A stretch of 64,000 nucleotides of DNA from Asterias rubens (Eukaryota): NCBI RefSeq assembly GCF_902459465.1, contig NC_047078.1, positions 372,001-436,000 on the forward strand, written 5' to 3'. Positions within the stretch are counted from its first letter, which is position 1. Each line of letters opens with the position of its first letter. The position numbers and the translations under genes are program-made. The notes below the pieces were generated by a model. The model saw only the letters and a list, made by a program, of their open reading frames with translations, was not told where the DNA came from and did no database searches. Positions 48,319 to 61,100 of this stretch are shown piece by piece.

Positions 48319-50203
48319 TTATTCCTGGACGGCCTTGGCTTTGGTTTGAACTTGAGCAGCGATTCTGTCCATATCCCGGATTCCTTGGCTGGTTAGACGA
48401 CGTCCTCTGCAGAAGAAAACAACAAATATTAATGTCACAGTAATCATAATCATTTAAAAATACCAAAAGCTTCTAGTGGAATAACACTGAAGTATGGTGT
48501 GAGCCTCACACCACTTGCAACCTGGACAGGCAGCGGGATCAAGGGTGCTGGAGCAAGACTGCCCCACGACCAGCAGCGAAGAGAGGGCAGGCGGACAGGG
48601 GCACGCTCAAGTAGTTTATTAAACACAATATACATTTACTTATGTCATTCGTGACGCAACACCATAGACTATGGGACAATTCTTAACTGATAACAAAACT
48701 CAAACCTATTCACAAGTAACTAGGAGTAGGGTCTTTGGGGCAGGAGAAGTTGACAAAAGACCACAGCCATAAACAAATGTTGGCGCAAATGGCAAAAACA
48801 AGTACCCTAGACAAGTACCAAGCAAAAATTTGAAACTGATCAATATCGGACAGTTGCGTTTCCTTACCCGTTTCCTTCACGCTTGACAATGTTAACTCCT
48901 TCTAGAGCTTGCAGGACTTTGCGGGCAACTGAACCTGATCCTGGGCAGAAATGACTAGGTCTGGTACCTCGACGCTTGCGACCTGATTAACAAACAGATA
49001 ACAGGCATGATGTTTGGTCCATGGAACATTTGATTGAGTACCAGGACTGACCTACATGTACATGTTTAATTAAAATATAAAATAATAATAAAATAGTAAT
49101 TAATAGAGCTTATATAGTGACTTACAAAAATTAAAAAAGCCTTAACTCAAAGTACTCAACAACGAAGGAAAAACTGATGAGTTGTAAACAAAATATAAAG
49201 AACAAAATGCACAAGCATTAGACAACAACAAACACCTTATAACACAAGTATTGGATAACGGTACATGTATATATACACAAAAAATCAAATACAGAATTAT
49301 CGACAGCAAAATTTGTAAAAGGAACTAAGCCGTAGCCCAGAAGATGTAACAGAAGGAATTAAGAACAGAGTATTGAAGCTTTTCTCTTCCTTTTGATTTA
49401 GAAAAATTGACAAATTATTCTCACCTCCGTAGATTTTCCTCATGGCGTTAACGCCCACACCGCCTCTGAAGTAAAGATGTCTGGCAGTTGAGGCTACAAG
49501 AATCAAGAAAGTCAACCATTATTCATTCACATATTTTATTTACATGTAAAAATTAATCTCATTTCTTGTTAAATATTCCAACATTAAACATCATGGTCTA
49601 GTGGTAATATCGAGGGGTGGATTTCACAAAGAGTTAAGACTAGTCTTAATATCTTGAGTTAGGACGAGTAAGTTAGGACCAGCCTGAAGTTTTATTATCT
49701 CCTAGGACTGTTCCTAAGTTAGGTCTAGTCCAGGACTTGCAATCACAATAGTGTGGGTTCGAATCTTACCAAGCTAAAAGCTGATTTCACAATGACTAGA
49801 AAAAATATTTTCGTCTAGTTCATGAATCACAATTCCTTGATTTGAGCAATTCATAACCATAGACGTTAAACCAATGTTTGTATGAGAGATATTGGCTGTT
49901 CCCAGCTTGTGTTTTTATCACCTTGTGTGAATTTGCTGAGTTCACTTGATGATAATCTAAACAAATAAAACAAACAAACTGAATAACATACGTCAAATGT
50001 GAATTCTTCAGTGTCAGACTACACTTACCAGCCCGTGTGTAGAACCAGTCTTGGTCGTAGGGTGCCAATTCCTTGTGGATGCCCAACTTGACGAGATCTA
50101 CCCAATCAGGGATCTTCATCTTGCCACCTGACTTGAAGAAGACCGCGAGGGCCTTCACGAAATCGCCTTGATCGACGTCTTTTACTGTGCAACCACCAGG
50201 CAT
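48319..50203 (-). CDS. RPS19: 40S ribosomal protein S19 (eS19), 4 coding exons, 148 aa
   Basis: Exons: 50203-50029, 49493-49425, 48982-48868, 48406-48319. Translation: [12 protein letters not shown]...[30 protein letters not shown]...[14 protein letters not shown]...[16 protein letters not shown]. Confidence 0.98.
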
Positions 50204-51586
50204 CTACATAAAAAAAATACCATTGCATGAATTTTACATTAATTGTTTGCGCTTTTTTGAACTTTTGAGCTGGAGTGGAAGGCAATCGAAAAGGAAATCT
50301 CATAAAATAAAATATATTTTGCAGAAAACAAAGAGCATATAATTTGTACCCAAGCACATCTCATGATCAGGTGATCAGAAAACACAACCAGGCCATCACC
50401 AGAAGATCCTCACACTAGAAATTGCTCTCTCATTAAAATAAAACAAAAACAAATTATATTTGAATTTTACCCGATGGACAAAGTTTCAGCTTCAGGGCCT
50501 GTACAAATATGAAGCAAATATATGTATTGTTTTTTTTCGGAAAGTTTCCGTATCATGCCATCACTTTTTCATGTGATTGATATGAAATAATATACTATCT
50601 CAATAAGATATCCCTTTTTGTTAAAATGAGTGAAAAAGTGGTGGCAGGATCTGCAGCCGATTTCACCAAACTCTAGAATTAATCCTAACTCGAGTTAGGA
50701 TGAGCATGGGACGAGTAACCCATCCTAACTTTAGGATGGGTTCAAATTCAATGCTTCCTACCTATTTGGATACACAACAACTCAACTCGTCCTAAGTCGC
50801 AAGATAAATCCTAAGTTAGGAAGAGTTTTGTGAACTCGACGGCTGGAAAGTTATGTTTTTTCTTTGCATGGTCTGACTGGTCTAATGAAGCTTGACTTTT
50901 ATCCCGTACGTACGTCGTACACAGAAGCACAAGTGCACCAATCGGACACTGAACTTCAGCAGAAAGATTTCTGTATCCTACCACCACTTTTGTTCACTCT
51001 TTTTAAACCAAAATTTAAAGGAATATCTCATTAAGGTTAGATAAAATTCTCAATACAAAAGAGGTGGCACTGGCACTGGCACTGCCTACCCTAGATACGA
51101 AAATTTTAGTTGAATTTGAAATAAATTTATTTATTATTATTGTTATTGGGTTTTTTTTTGGGGGGGGGGTCGTTTTTTTCATTTGAATCCTCAAAAACAA
51201 ATGTTTGGTTACACTGATGAGATTACAAAATAAGCTGCAAATAAGAAGTTAGTGTTAGAAAATATTAAATATTGTCTTAAAATTATGTTTGCGCCCAGAG
51301 AAAAACGAGGGTCCATTTTTAACTGGTTCCCAATCTGCACACATGGTTTATTATGCGATACAATTTTACATACAACACGTTGTCCACATTTTCTCAATTT
51401 GCAATCCTCACTTCATTTTTTTACCCCCAAAATATTCCCATTTCAGACCTTTATTTACACAAAATATTAACTTCATAATGACCCTGAGTATACATACACT
51501 TTAAATAAATTAATAAAAATACTTCAAAACAAATCTAATCATCGTATTTTAAGGATTTTATGAGAGACATTTTACGAAGTTTTTAC

Positions 51587-51611
51587 CTTGAATGCTTTTT
51601 GAGGGAAAGAG
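51587..51611 (-). promoter_or_regulatory. RPS19: Putative non-coding first exon of RPS19 starting with a 5' TOP/TCT pyrimidine tract
   Basis: The minus strand reads CTCTTTCCCTCAAAAAGCATTCAAG|GTAAAA. The coding ATG directly follows an AG acceptor, so an upstream non-coding exon is required. Confidence 0.7.
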
Positions 51612-51756
51612 GGCGCATGGCCGTGTTTCGAGTTCTCGCGTCACTTTGGTGTAAATCTCGCGAGTTTTAGCCGTGTCTTGTCAGCAGCAGAGGGCGCTGT
51701 TACAATAATAGGATTTTTCACGTGTGTGCTCATTATTTTGATTTGATAAAGTAAAG
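51612..51756. promoter_or_regulatory. Very compact bidirectional promoter RPS19/FDXACB1
   Basis: About 145 bp separate the inferred RPS19 start site and the FDXACB1 ATG. It contains TCTCGCGAG (51656-51664) and CTCF-like GCAGCAGAGGGCGCTG (51684-51699). Confidence 0.65.
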
Positions 51757-54700
51757 ATGGACGGATTGTGCGCCTCCTGTTCTTCGCTCCTTCTTCTTGG
51801 TGAGGGAAATTTCTCTTTTGCAAGATCTTTGAGTCAGAAACTCTCAGATGAAAGTCGGAATGTCAACATAACTGCAACATCGTTTGAGATCGAGGAAGCT
51901 GTTGTAAAGAGGAATAATGGCAGGCAGAACATAGATGCTCTGAAACAAAATGGTAAATGATTGCGTCAAATGCAAGAATATTCAAATGCAATGTCATGAG
52001 TGTCAATGAGTTTCTGGGTTTTTTTGTTTACTTTTATGTTTAGATGATTGATAGTGAATGGTCAGACAGTAGGGTGCGGTCTACTGTAAATCATAATGAG
52101 ACTGAAGTTCAAAGTGTAAACTTAATAACATTTGTACATGAATCCGCTCATTTTTTTTTTGCGGGGCCATAGGTTTTAAATTGCCTCCATGCCCTGACTG
52201 ATTTTGCTGAATGGCCTAAATGCACTGTGGGATGGGTAAAGGGGCTTTGTAAGCCCCTTTTCCCGTCCCAAAGTGCCTTTCGGCAATTCAGGAAAATCAG
52301 TAAGGCGGTAATTGCAATAAACCTTACGACTTAATTTATGTGAGTTTTTACTTTCCGCGTTTTCCCTGTAGGTGTGACTTGTTTGTTTGGTGTCGATGCA
52401 ACGAAACTTCACAACAATACATTATTGGAGGGAAAAGAGTTCCAAGGGATCATCTTCAACTTTCCTCACATTCCTGGAAAGGCAAACATTGCTAAGAACA
52501 GGGATCTACTCAGAAGTTTCTTCAAAAGGTAAATTCAAGTGCACCTGATCACTATGTGAGAGTTTAATGTTTCAATCAAGCTAGATGCTGGGGCAATTGA
52601 GATATACAGCTGTACTTAATAAGTGTAATTGTAAGGGTCCAACTTTATGGCTTTGCTTTCTGCAATTTCCAGGAATGTGAATTTCTTTGTTTTCTTCGGT
52701 TGTTTGCCTGTAGTTGTGCTTGTCCCTTGTCTTTCGGTTTTCGATGTGTAAACAAGGATCCCCTTTTAGTGGGCCTGTGTGCCTGTTCGGGGTTTCCCTA
52801 TTGCACCAATGTCATTTCTTATGTATTGGTGGATTAAAGGTAATAAAATAAAATAAAATAAAATAAACTAAATTGTGAAGAACAAAGTATAGGTTGTAAG
52901 CAGAGCCATAAAATTGGTCCCAGAGATTTTACCCACGTTTGAGCTGCTCTTTGAAACCCAGATCATAACCTGCTAAAAAGTTTGTTTAACACAACTTGTT
53001 CTCTTCCCAACCATAAAAGAACCCCCTTCACAATAATGATGTGATCCATTTCTCGTTTCTATGTTTTAGCGGTGCACAGAAGTTGAGTCCAGCTGGTGAG
53101 ATTCTGTTGACTCTTTGCAACGGCCAGGGAGGCACCCCAGCAGACGACCCTCAAAGAGAACCGCAGAATTCATGGCAGATTGTTGCCATGGCGACTTATG
53201 GTGACCTCATCTTGACCCAGACTGTTCCATTCAGAGCAGGGGAGTACCAGGAGTATGATTCTACAGGCTACAAGTGAGAGCTCTGTTTATCTAACCTTTG
53301 AAATAGCTAAACAGTTAAATGGAAGTCAAAAGCTCCGTTTTTAAATCTTTAAGAAAAAAACTTAACTCCAGAAACTGTTTTTTGTCAAGTTCGGCAAAAC
53401 ACACCCTTGGTAAACTGTAAACACTCGCCCATAATAATCGTAAAATTCCAAACATAATTTAAAACAAAACCATGACATGTTATTGTGTGGACTCCATCCA
53501 ACTTACTGTCTTATTTTCTTACAGAGGTCAAGACAAGGGCTTTCTAACTGAAGGAGCTATCACTCATGTATTTGAGAAAAGTCCATCGCTTCAAGATCGT
53601 CTCCTTTTGACTGAGACATTGTCAACAATCGTAGATGGACAAACCGTTGACTTCCAGTGCCCAGGAGACTTAAAGATATTCATGACAAGGTAAGGAATGA
53701 AACAGTGTGTTATACAGTTAACTCTCGTTGTATTAAGATCTCTTGGACTGGCAAAATTACCTCTTTATAATAGGAACGTTGTATTAAGAGGACAGAAAAA
53801 CAAAGAAACTCAAAGCAGAAATGAGATTTGGGACTTCAGAAGGGCTTTTTTTAAACTAAGAACCTCTGTGTTACTGCTGTATAATGAGGGTTGACTGTAC
53901 ACGTGTTACTCAATGAAATCATAGCCAAAGAGCCTTGATTTTCTGATGGCTCAATTTGTATGTAACCTAGACTAATACAATTGATGAGTTGTCAACATCA
54001 GCATAATGGTTTGTATTGTGATGTCACACTATAGCTTAGCTGTTTTAGACTGCAGTTAAGATTGATCTCAGCTCTCAATGAAACCATAGCGAAAGAGCCT
54101 GCAGCTGATTTTACAAAACTGTACGCAACTGTGTAAGTCCACTTGCGCACTGTTTATGGCTCAACTTATGCAATAAACATTGCACAAGTGGACCTACGCA
54201 GTTGCGTAAACTTTCGTGAAATTGGGTGCAGGACATTCCTGCAGGCACAATTTGTACAACCGTCATTGATCCAAAGGTTAGTGTCCGGCCATACGGAGCT
54301 GTTCACGATGGTTGGAAGGGATTTGTAGAATTTTCAATGTGTGGTAGATGAAATTCCATGTATATGTTGAACAAATATTTTCAAGAAATTCTTTAAATTA
54401 ATCCAGCGCAAAGCATTGGAATAAGTCTTTTAAAGCAGGCAAGTTTCATGCTTCATCATTCATTCTTGAAGTAAATGTTTTTTGATTTTCTGTTTTAGAA
54501 ATCTCCTCTCTGACTTGAACCATCCTCTTAACCTCCTGAAGACCAGGATAACCTCAACCATTCAGATGACATTCCCTCAAACAAAGACTCTTCAAGAAGA
54601 TGAATATGCCAAGGTTTGTCATGGCAACCAGAACAACTGTCCTGGAGTCTACACTTTACATAAATCATTGAATATTCATGAAGCTACCATTCTGAGACCA

Positions 54701-55645
54701 CACCTCCTTTGTGATTTAGACACCTTGATTGACAGTTATGCAAATGAGGGATGTGTCGTTGCTGGAAAACAATTTCACAGATGTGTCTTATCTTCTACAA
54801 CGTTTCCCATCACGCACCAGTTACTACTCACTGTACCACGGGACGCAAATGATGCATCTTGGGAAAAGACGGTTTCTAAACTTTTAGAGGGTACGGGTCT
54901 TCATGGCAACAGATCAAAATTGAGCTTTTCGCGAGTAGATGTAAAGAATGGATCTTTAGTTGGTAATGCATCAGCGGATTCAAGAAATTCACTGAAGCGA
55001 AACCACAGTGAGAGCGAACATTCTTGCAAGATGCCAAGTGAAGTAACTGAAGAAACGAGTCACCTTGATCAATGTGTTGTTTGCTTGCAAGGAAGAGTCA
55101 GCAATATGAGTATCATAAAGCTCACAGACAGCTGTGGAAACCAGACTACTGTAGGTGTGTGCGGCAAAGGGGCTTCAAACAATGACATCATGCTTCTATT
55201 TTTAGACCATCTCATTATGCATCTCTTGCATATTGATGACATTCGGTTGCTGTGGTCAACCGACATGCGCTTGTGGGAGGAGTTTAAAAGAACACACCCC
55301 CTGAAAGAAATTGACAACCCTACTGGGATGTTTGATAGTGTACCATTCCAGCCTAGGAGTAGACACCCTCCATTATACATTAGGGATGTGAGTTTCTGGT
55401 GTCCAACAGAGGGTGAGTTTGATGAGCTTAAATTCATGTCAGTACTCCGTCAGGCGAGCGGTTTTTTAATCCATCGAGTCACATTGAGAGGTGTTTATCG
55501 GGATGAGGTCAAAGGTGATCTGAGTAGGTGTTATCGGATTGAGTATCTCTCATGCGATCAGGCTTTGAGTAAAGAGAAACTCGCTACTATTCACCCACAA
55601 GTTCTAGAACTCATTCGGTTGGAGTTGGGACTGAATGCCCGATAA
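51757..55645 (+). CDS. FDXACB1: Ferredoxin-fold anticodon-binding domain protein 1 (N-terminal Bmt5/DUF2431-like methyltransferase domain, C-terminal FDX-ACB), 5 exons, 622 aa
   Basis: Exons: 51757-51952, 52372-52528, 53070-53273, 53525-53689, 54499-55645. Motifs: LLLGEGNFSFARSL, FGVDATKL, IIFNFPH, LCNGQGGTPAD, SWQIVAMA and PPLYIRDVSFW...SRCYRIEYLSCDQAL. Confidence 0.93.
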
Positions 55646-57225
55646 GAATACACTAAATTTAAAGGTATGAGCAAGTTCAGGTGGCAACTAGACCGATTAG
55701 ACTAAAGCACAGGTAGATTGACTATATGGAACCATTTACTGGAGCATGGTCAAAGGTCAATTCGAGAGCTACCTCATAGTTTCAATCCAGTCTCTCACCT
55801 GAATAAACAGGATTGGTGTGGATAAAAAACATTGTATATTTTTAGACTGAAAGCTTACTGATTATGAAGTACATACTACAACTCTTTTTTACTGTGAAAT
55901 ATTCCCCGGTGAAATGAAGTCATATTCCTGAAAATTGTTACGGAAAATCTTTAGAAATGCAACAGCTGATTTCGGTTGTTGCAACCAAACTTGGGTATGG
56001 TTTTTCACTATATTCTTTGAGTTAGTGTCCACTGCCTTTAATGAGTTTCTGAAAATAGAGTTTGCACAACTGGTACTTTACAGAAACAGCGTGGAAAAAA
56101 GCTGCTACTCTTCAACATGTTTTGTAGTTTTTATATGTGATTAATTTAATACAGTGTAAAAACATTTTTACAATAGATTACAATGTTTATGTATAGTAAC
56201 AGTTATTCAAAATTGACAAAAAATACATTAATTAATATAAATTGATACAATAAAAATGATCTATACTACTGTGCTACAATGTTTTTGGGTGAGATGTACT
56301 CACAATGCCACTTTGAACAATTTGTAAAATTAGACATAAGGGCCACGGCAAGATTTTCTTGATATTAATTTTTAAACTTTTCAACAAAGTGTATAGTACT
56401 AAATACATAAATCATGACTATCCACAATTACAAATGGCCCTTAGAAGCCCAAAAAAAGATGTTTGATGCGTGAAAATATAAAAAAACTTGCATTTGTGCA
56501 TTTGCCAGTGACAAAAATTGCATGCAATCTAAAAACATGAAGGCACATGTTAAATTTTATAGAGCTGGTGAAATGAAAAACAAGTTATCTGGGAGTGATT
56601 TTAGATTTTGGTCAAACACCAATACTGATACAATGAAAAGGGGAGTTATGCCTTGGATAAAACTCTTAATGATTTTGTTTTAATGTTGATTCACCGTTGT
56701 TTCGAAATTCTCCACTTTTATAGAATATCTTGGAATGTTTTTTGTACAACATACTGTGGATGCATTGAGAAAGTTTACATAAAATGTACACACATAGATA
56801 CATTATTTATCATAATCAATGTAATAACCTCATGGAGGTTGGACATTCAACAACTGATCCCAAACAATAATATTTTAGAAATTAATAAACAAAATCTCAA
56901 ATAAATTTGAATCTTTGAAGATCACCTTTGTTTCATTTTGGGTTTCGGTTGGAGGGGTGGTGGTCAGCGGTACCAAAGGCCCCCATGGTTTGAAGCATTA
57001 CGCTTTAAAATTCCATTAACAAAATTATTCTACTGTCACAAATTAAGGCACACACACATTTTTTGACAATAATAAAAACTATTCTAAAATAGACACAAAA
57101 AAAAAAGAAGAAAAAAAAGACATCTAATTAAAAGGTACAAGTAAATATTGTAAGTAAGACACAAATACAGAAGTTAAAGTAGTGTCGTCCTGATTCAAGC
57201 AGGCTTGTGGCTGCACATGGGATTA

Positions 57226-57401
57226 CAGGCCTGTATGCTTCGTTTCTGAAAGGGCAAGGGCACCAAGGCAATTTCTCTTAGGCAAAGGGCACCCTATGAG
57301 GAAATTGTAAAATTCTACTGGAGCATTTCAAGGGCACCAAGGCAATGACAAGGGGCAACGGAGGCAATCGCCTCCGTTGCCTCCGTGAAGTATCAGGCCT
57401 G
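57226..57401. mobile_element. 176-bp MITE with CAGGCCTG ends and a 6-bp TSD (GGATTA)
   Basis: GGATTA at 57220-57225 and 57402-57407. Confidence 0.8.
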
Positions 57402-58104
57402 GGATTATGAACTCTAATCAAGTTACTGCAAGGGTACGCACTCTCCATACAATACCTATGAAGAGCCCTTGTGTGTCCGCAGTAACTTAATGAGAGTTCA
57501 CAACTCCATGACGTACAGCCAAAGGTTTGCTTTGATTATTATGACACATCCCTCTTTAGGAAGTTATTTTACATTAATTCACATAGAGAGTTCACAACTC
57601 CATGACGTCCAGCCAAAGGTTTGCTTTGATTATTATGACACATCCCTCTTTAGGAAGTTATTTTACATTAATTCACATACTGAAAGTTATCTTCAGAGAC
57701 TGAGAAACGTTATTAAAAACTTAGTCATTCTGTTATAGCACAAAACATTTCTGCTTACCAGAATAATGTTACAAGCTCAAATACCATCTCAAATGTACCC
57801 CCTCTGACTGGTATCCTGTTTAATTTTGCTTATCAGAAATCTCCTGAAGACGATCATAGCATACTGATAAAAAAGTTGAGTTGTCAAGCACCAGTTCTTT
57901 TCAGAACCAACAATACTCAAAAGAGAGATATACACGTGGTGTTACCGCAAACCTCACCTTATTATACTCCCACCGTGCAAAAACTAAATCCTTCTAAGCA
58001 GAAAACTGTTAAGCAATGTTTTCTGCTTAGCAGAAACCTGTTTATCATTACAAGAAACCTGTTTTCTTAAGCAGCTCTGTTGAAAGAAGGCCCTGGACTT
58101 GGAT

Positions 58105-61100
58105 TTACACTAGGAACCCTTCTTCACTACCAGCCTGGCTAGCAGTAGGTCGAGCCTTAGTCAACTGGACAAAGTTACCAAGGCTGCTTGGTACTGGACT
58201 CGGAGTGACAGATGAGGTGTAGTCAAACTGCTTAGCTGAGGATGGACCTGTAGTTAGCTGAGCTTGTTTACGTCGTAGCTTGTCGGCATAGTTACGTTCC
58301 TCTTGGTCCTCACTGATCTGATCTGTCAAGATGCTTGGTGTTTGAGCTGAAAATAGAAGGAAAAACAAGGCATATTTTGTAAAGGAGCAATGAACAATGA
58401 ATTCAATAGCAATTTTATACAACCAGGCTACGTTTTTGAAAGGGCAAGGGCACCTAGGCACCTCTTCTTGGTAAAGGGCACCCTTGGAGGAAAGTGTAAA
58501 TTTCTACTGTAGCATTTTAAGGGCACCAAGGCAACGACCAGGGGGCATGGAGGCAATCGCCTTTGTTGCCTCCGTGCAGCATCAGGCCTGTATACACCAC
58601 CTTCACTCTACTGTAGCATTTGAAGGGCACCAAGGCAACAACCAGGGGGCATGGAGGCAATCGCCTTTGTTTCCTCTGTGCAGCATCAGGCCTGTTTACA
58701 CCACCTTCACTCTACTGTTAGCATTTTAAGGGCACCAAGGCAACAACCAGGGGGCATGGAGGCAATCGCGTTTGTTTCCTCTGTGCAGCATCAGGCCTGT
58801 ATACACCACCTTCACTCTACTGTAGCATTTGAAGGGCACCAAGGCAATGACCAGGGGGCATGGAGGCAATCGCGTTTGTTTCCTCTGTGCAGCATCAGGC
58901 CTGTATACACCACCTTCACTCTACTCTATCATTTTAAGGGCACCAAGGCAACGACCAGGGGGCATGGAGGCAATCGCGTTTGTTGCCTCTGTGCAGCATC
59001 AGGCCTGTTCAAACTACCTTCACTTTATTTGTAATGAGTAGGTGTTTGGTGGAGTGGATTACTAAACAGTGTTTGTACAATTTGTTTTTGTACTGTTTTG
59101 ATTTGTTAACCACACTTACCACACCAATGTAGCCTTTTTCTCCAACATTCTTTGACTAGTTATCAACGACCAAGAGAGGGTGCTATAGACCAACCTTTAC
59201 ATTGGCTAAGGCTGTGTCGGAATTGGCGGCTACAGCTATGGCTATGTCTAGATTAGGACAAGCTTTACAAAACCCTTAGCAACAGTCATATTAACTGGTG
59301 GCTTTGGCTACGGTTAGATTTCCTTATCATACATTGAAGTATACATGTAGGACACCCTTTACAAAACCCTTGGCAACAGTCATATTAACTGGTGGCTACG
59401 GCTACGGTTAGATTTCCTTATCATACATTGAAGTATAGGACACCCTTTACAAAACCCTTAGCAACAGTCGTATTAACTGGTGGCTTTGGCTATGTCTAGA
59501 TTTCCTTATCATACATTGAAGTATAGGACACCCTTTACAAAACCCTTAGCAACAGTCATATTAACTGGTGGCTACGGCTACGGTTAGATTTCCTTATCAT
59601 ACATTGAAGTATAGGACACCCTTTACAAAACCCTTAGCAACAGTCATATTAACTGGTGGCTACGGCTACGGTTAGATTTCCTTATCATACATTGAAGTAT
59701 AGGACACCCTTTACAAAACCCTTAGCAACAGTCGTATTAACTGGTGGCTTTGGCTATGTCTAGATTTCCTTATCATACATTGAAGTATAGGACACCCTTT
59801 ACAAAACCCTTAGCAACAGTCATTTTAACTGTACCCCCCAATTCAGATATGGCCTTACTTACCAAAACTGTCCCAGCTCGGTGCGTATGATGGTGGTCGG
59901 TACCCGGCATTATGGTAACTGGATCCCGGTTCCCTACGGGACGTCGCGATCGGCTGCCGATCGTCATCGTACTGATCACTGTAGGTCTGATAGCTGTAGT
60001 CGTCATACTGCTGGTTGCCATAGCGATGATCGTCATAGCTACGTTCATCATCGGAGTAAGGATCTTTGGAGTATTCTGATTGGTCTCGATGAGACATGGA
60101 GTCGAGTGTTTCTGTGACGGTCGCACTACCTTCGTCTCTGTATGATCAATTAATGAAAAGAACACTTAGTAAAGGTAGGGACTATTCACATGTTTACAAG
60201 AGTCACAGAGCCTGGACTTCCTGCAGGCAGGATTTATTCAAAGCTCAATGGAAGAAAACATTATCTCTTATAACCGAGTGAAGATTGCAAGGTCTGCTTG
60301 TATCAACTTGATGAAAAGGGATGAAAGGGGGAACATCTCCAATAAAATAACAGTTTATAAATCATCCTGTCTAAATTTCTACTTGTTTCCAGAGTTGTTA
60401 TTGACAAAATGTTCAACTTACGAATGCACGGTTTCTATCTCCTTCAGCTTGATGTCAGATTTCTTGGCTGTGAATCAATAAAGAATGAAGTTGAACTTGC
60501 ATTGTAATGTATACTAGATTGATGGATAGATAGACACTTGGGTTCTGTATTCAAACAAATTATTCATATTTTTACTATTATTATTATTAATATTTTTATT
60601 ATAAGGTGGTTTTACAGAAAACAACGCGACTCTACTCACCTAGGTTCTTTTTCTTGGATGTCCGTCTCTTGACGAGGCAACAGATGAGGAAGAGATTGAG
60701 GAAGACACAGCTGAGGAGACTCAAGAAGGTGACCAAGAGGAAGAGGTAAAGAGGGATATTCCCCACTAGGATACCTTAAGATGGGTGACAAGAACAACGA
60801 TGGGGTAAGCATGGGGTAAGACAGGAAACCTGTGTTCTTCTTTTTACCAGTTAGGGTTATTATGGAGCCCAAAGCAAGAGCCATGAGTACGGAGCCAAAG
60901 TTACGAGCCAAAAGCCAGAGCCCGGAGGCAGAAAACAGAGCCTGAAGCCCCACACCCCGAAGCCAGAGCCCGGAGGCAGAACCCGGAGACAGAGCCCAGA
61001 GCCCGGAGCCCGGAGACAGAGCCAAAAGCCAGAGCCAGAACCAATAGCCAGAGCCTGAAGCCCAGAGGCAGAGCCGAGAGCCAGGGCCAGAGCTAGAGCC

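Noticed and set aside
50345-50420. C/D box snoRNA in RPS19 intron 1
   Set aside because: Only a variant C box (GTGAGGA) and CTGA motifs about 55 nt apart, with no terminal stem and no recognisable rRNA guide.
55069-55437. 122-aa minus-strand ORF
   Set aside because: Antisense to the last FDXACB1 exon.
59773-60165. 130-aa ORF as the receptor tail frame
   Set aside because: The 46-bp exon at 60467-60422 shifts the phase to the Tyr-rich frame, which links correctly to the terminal exon.
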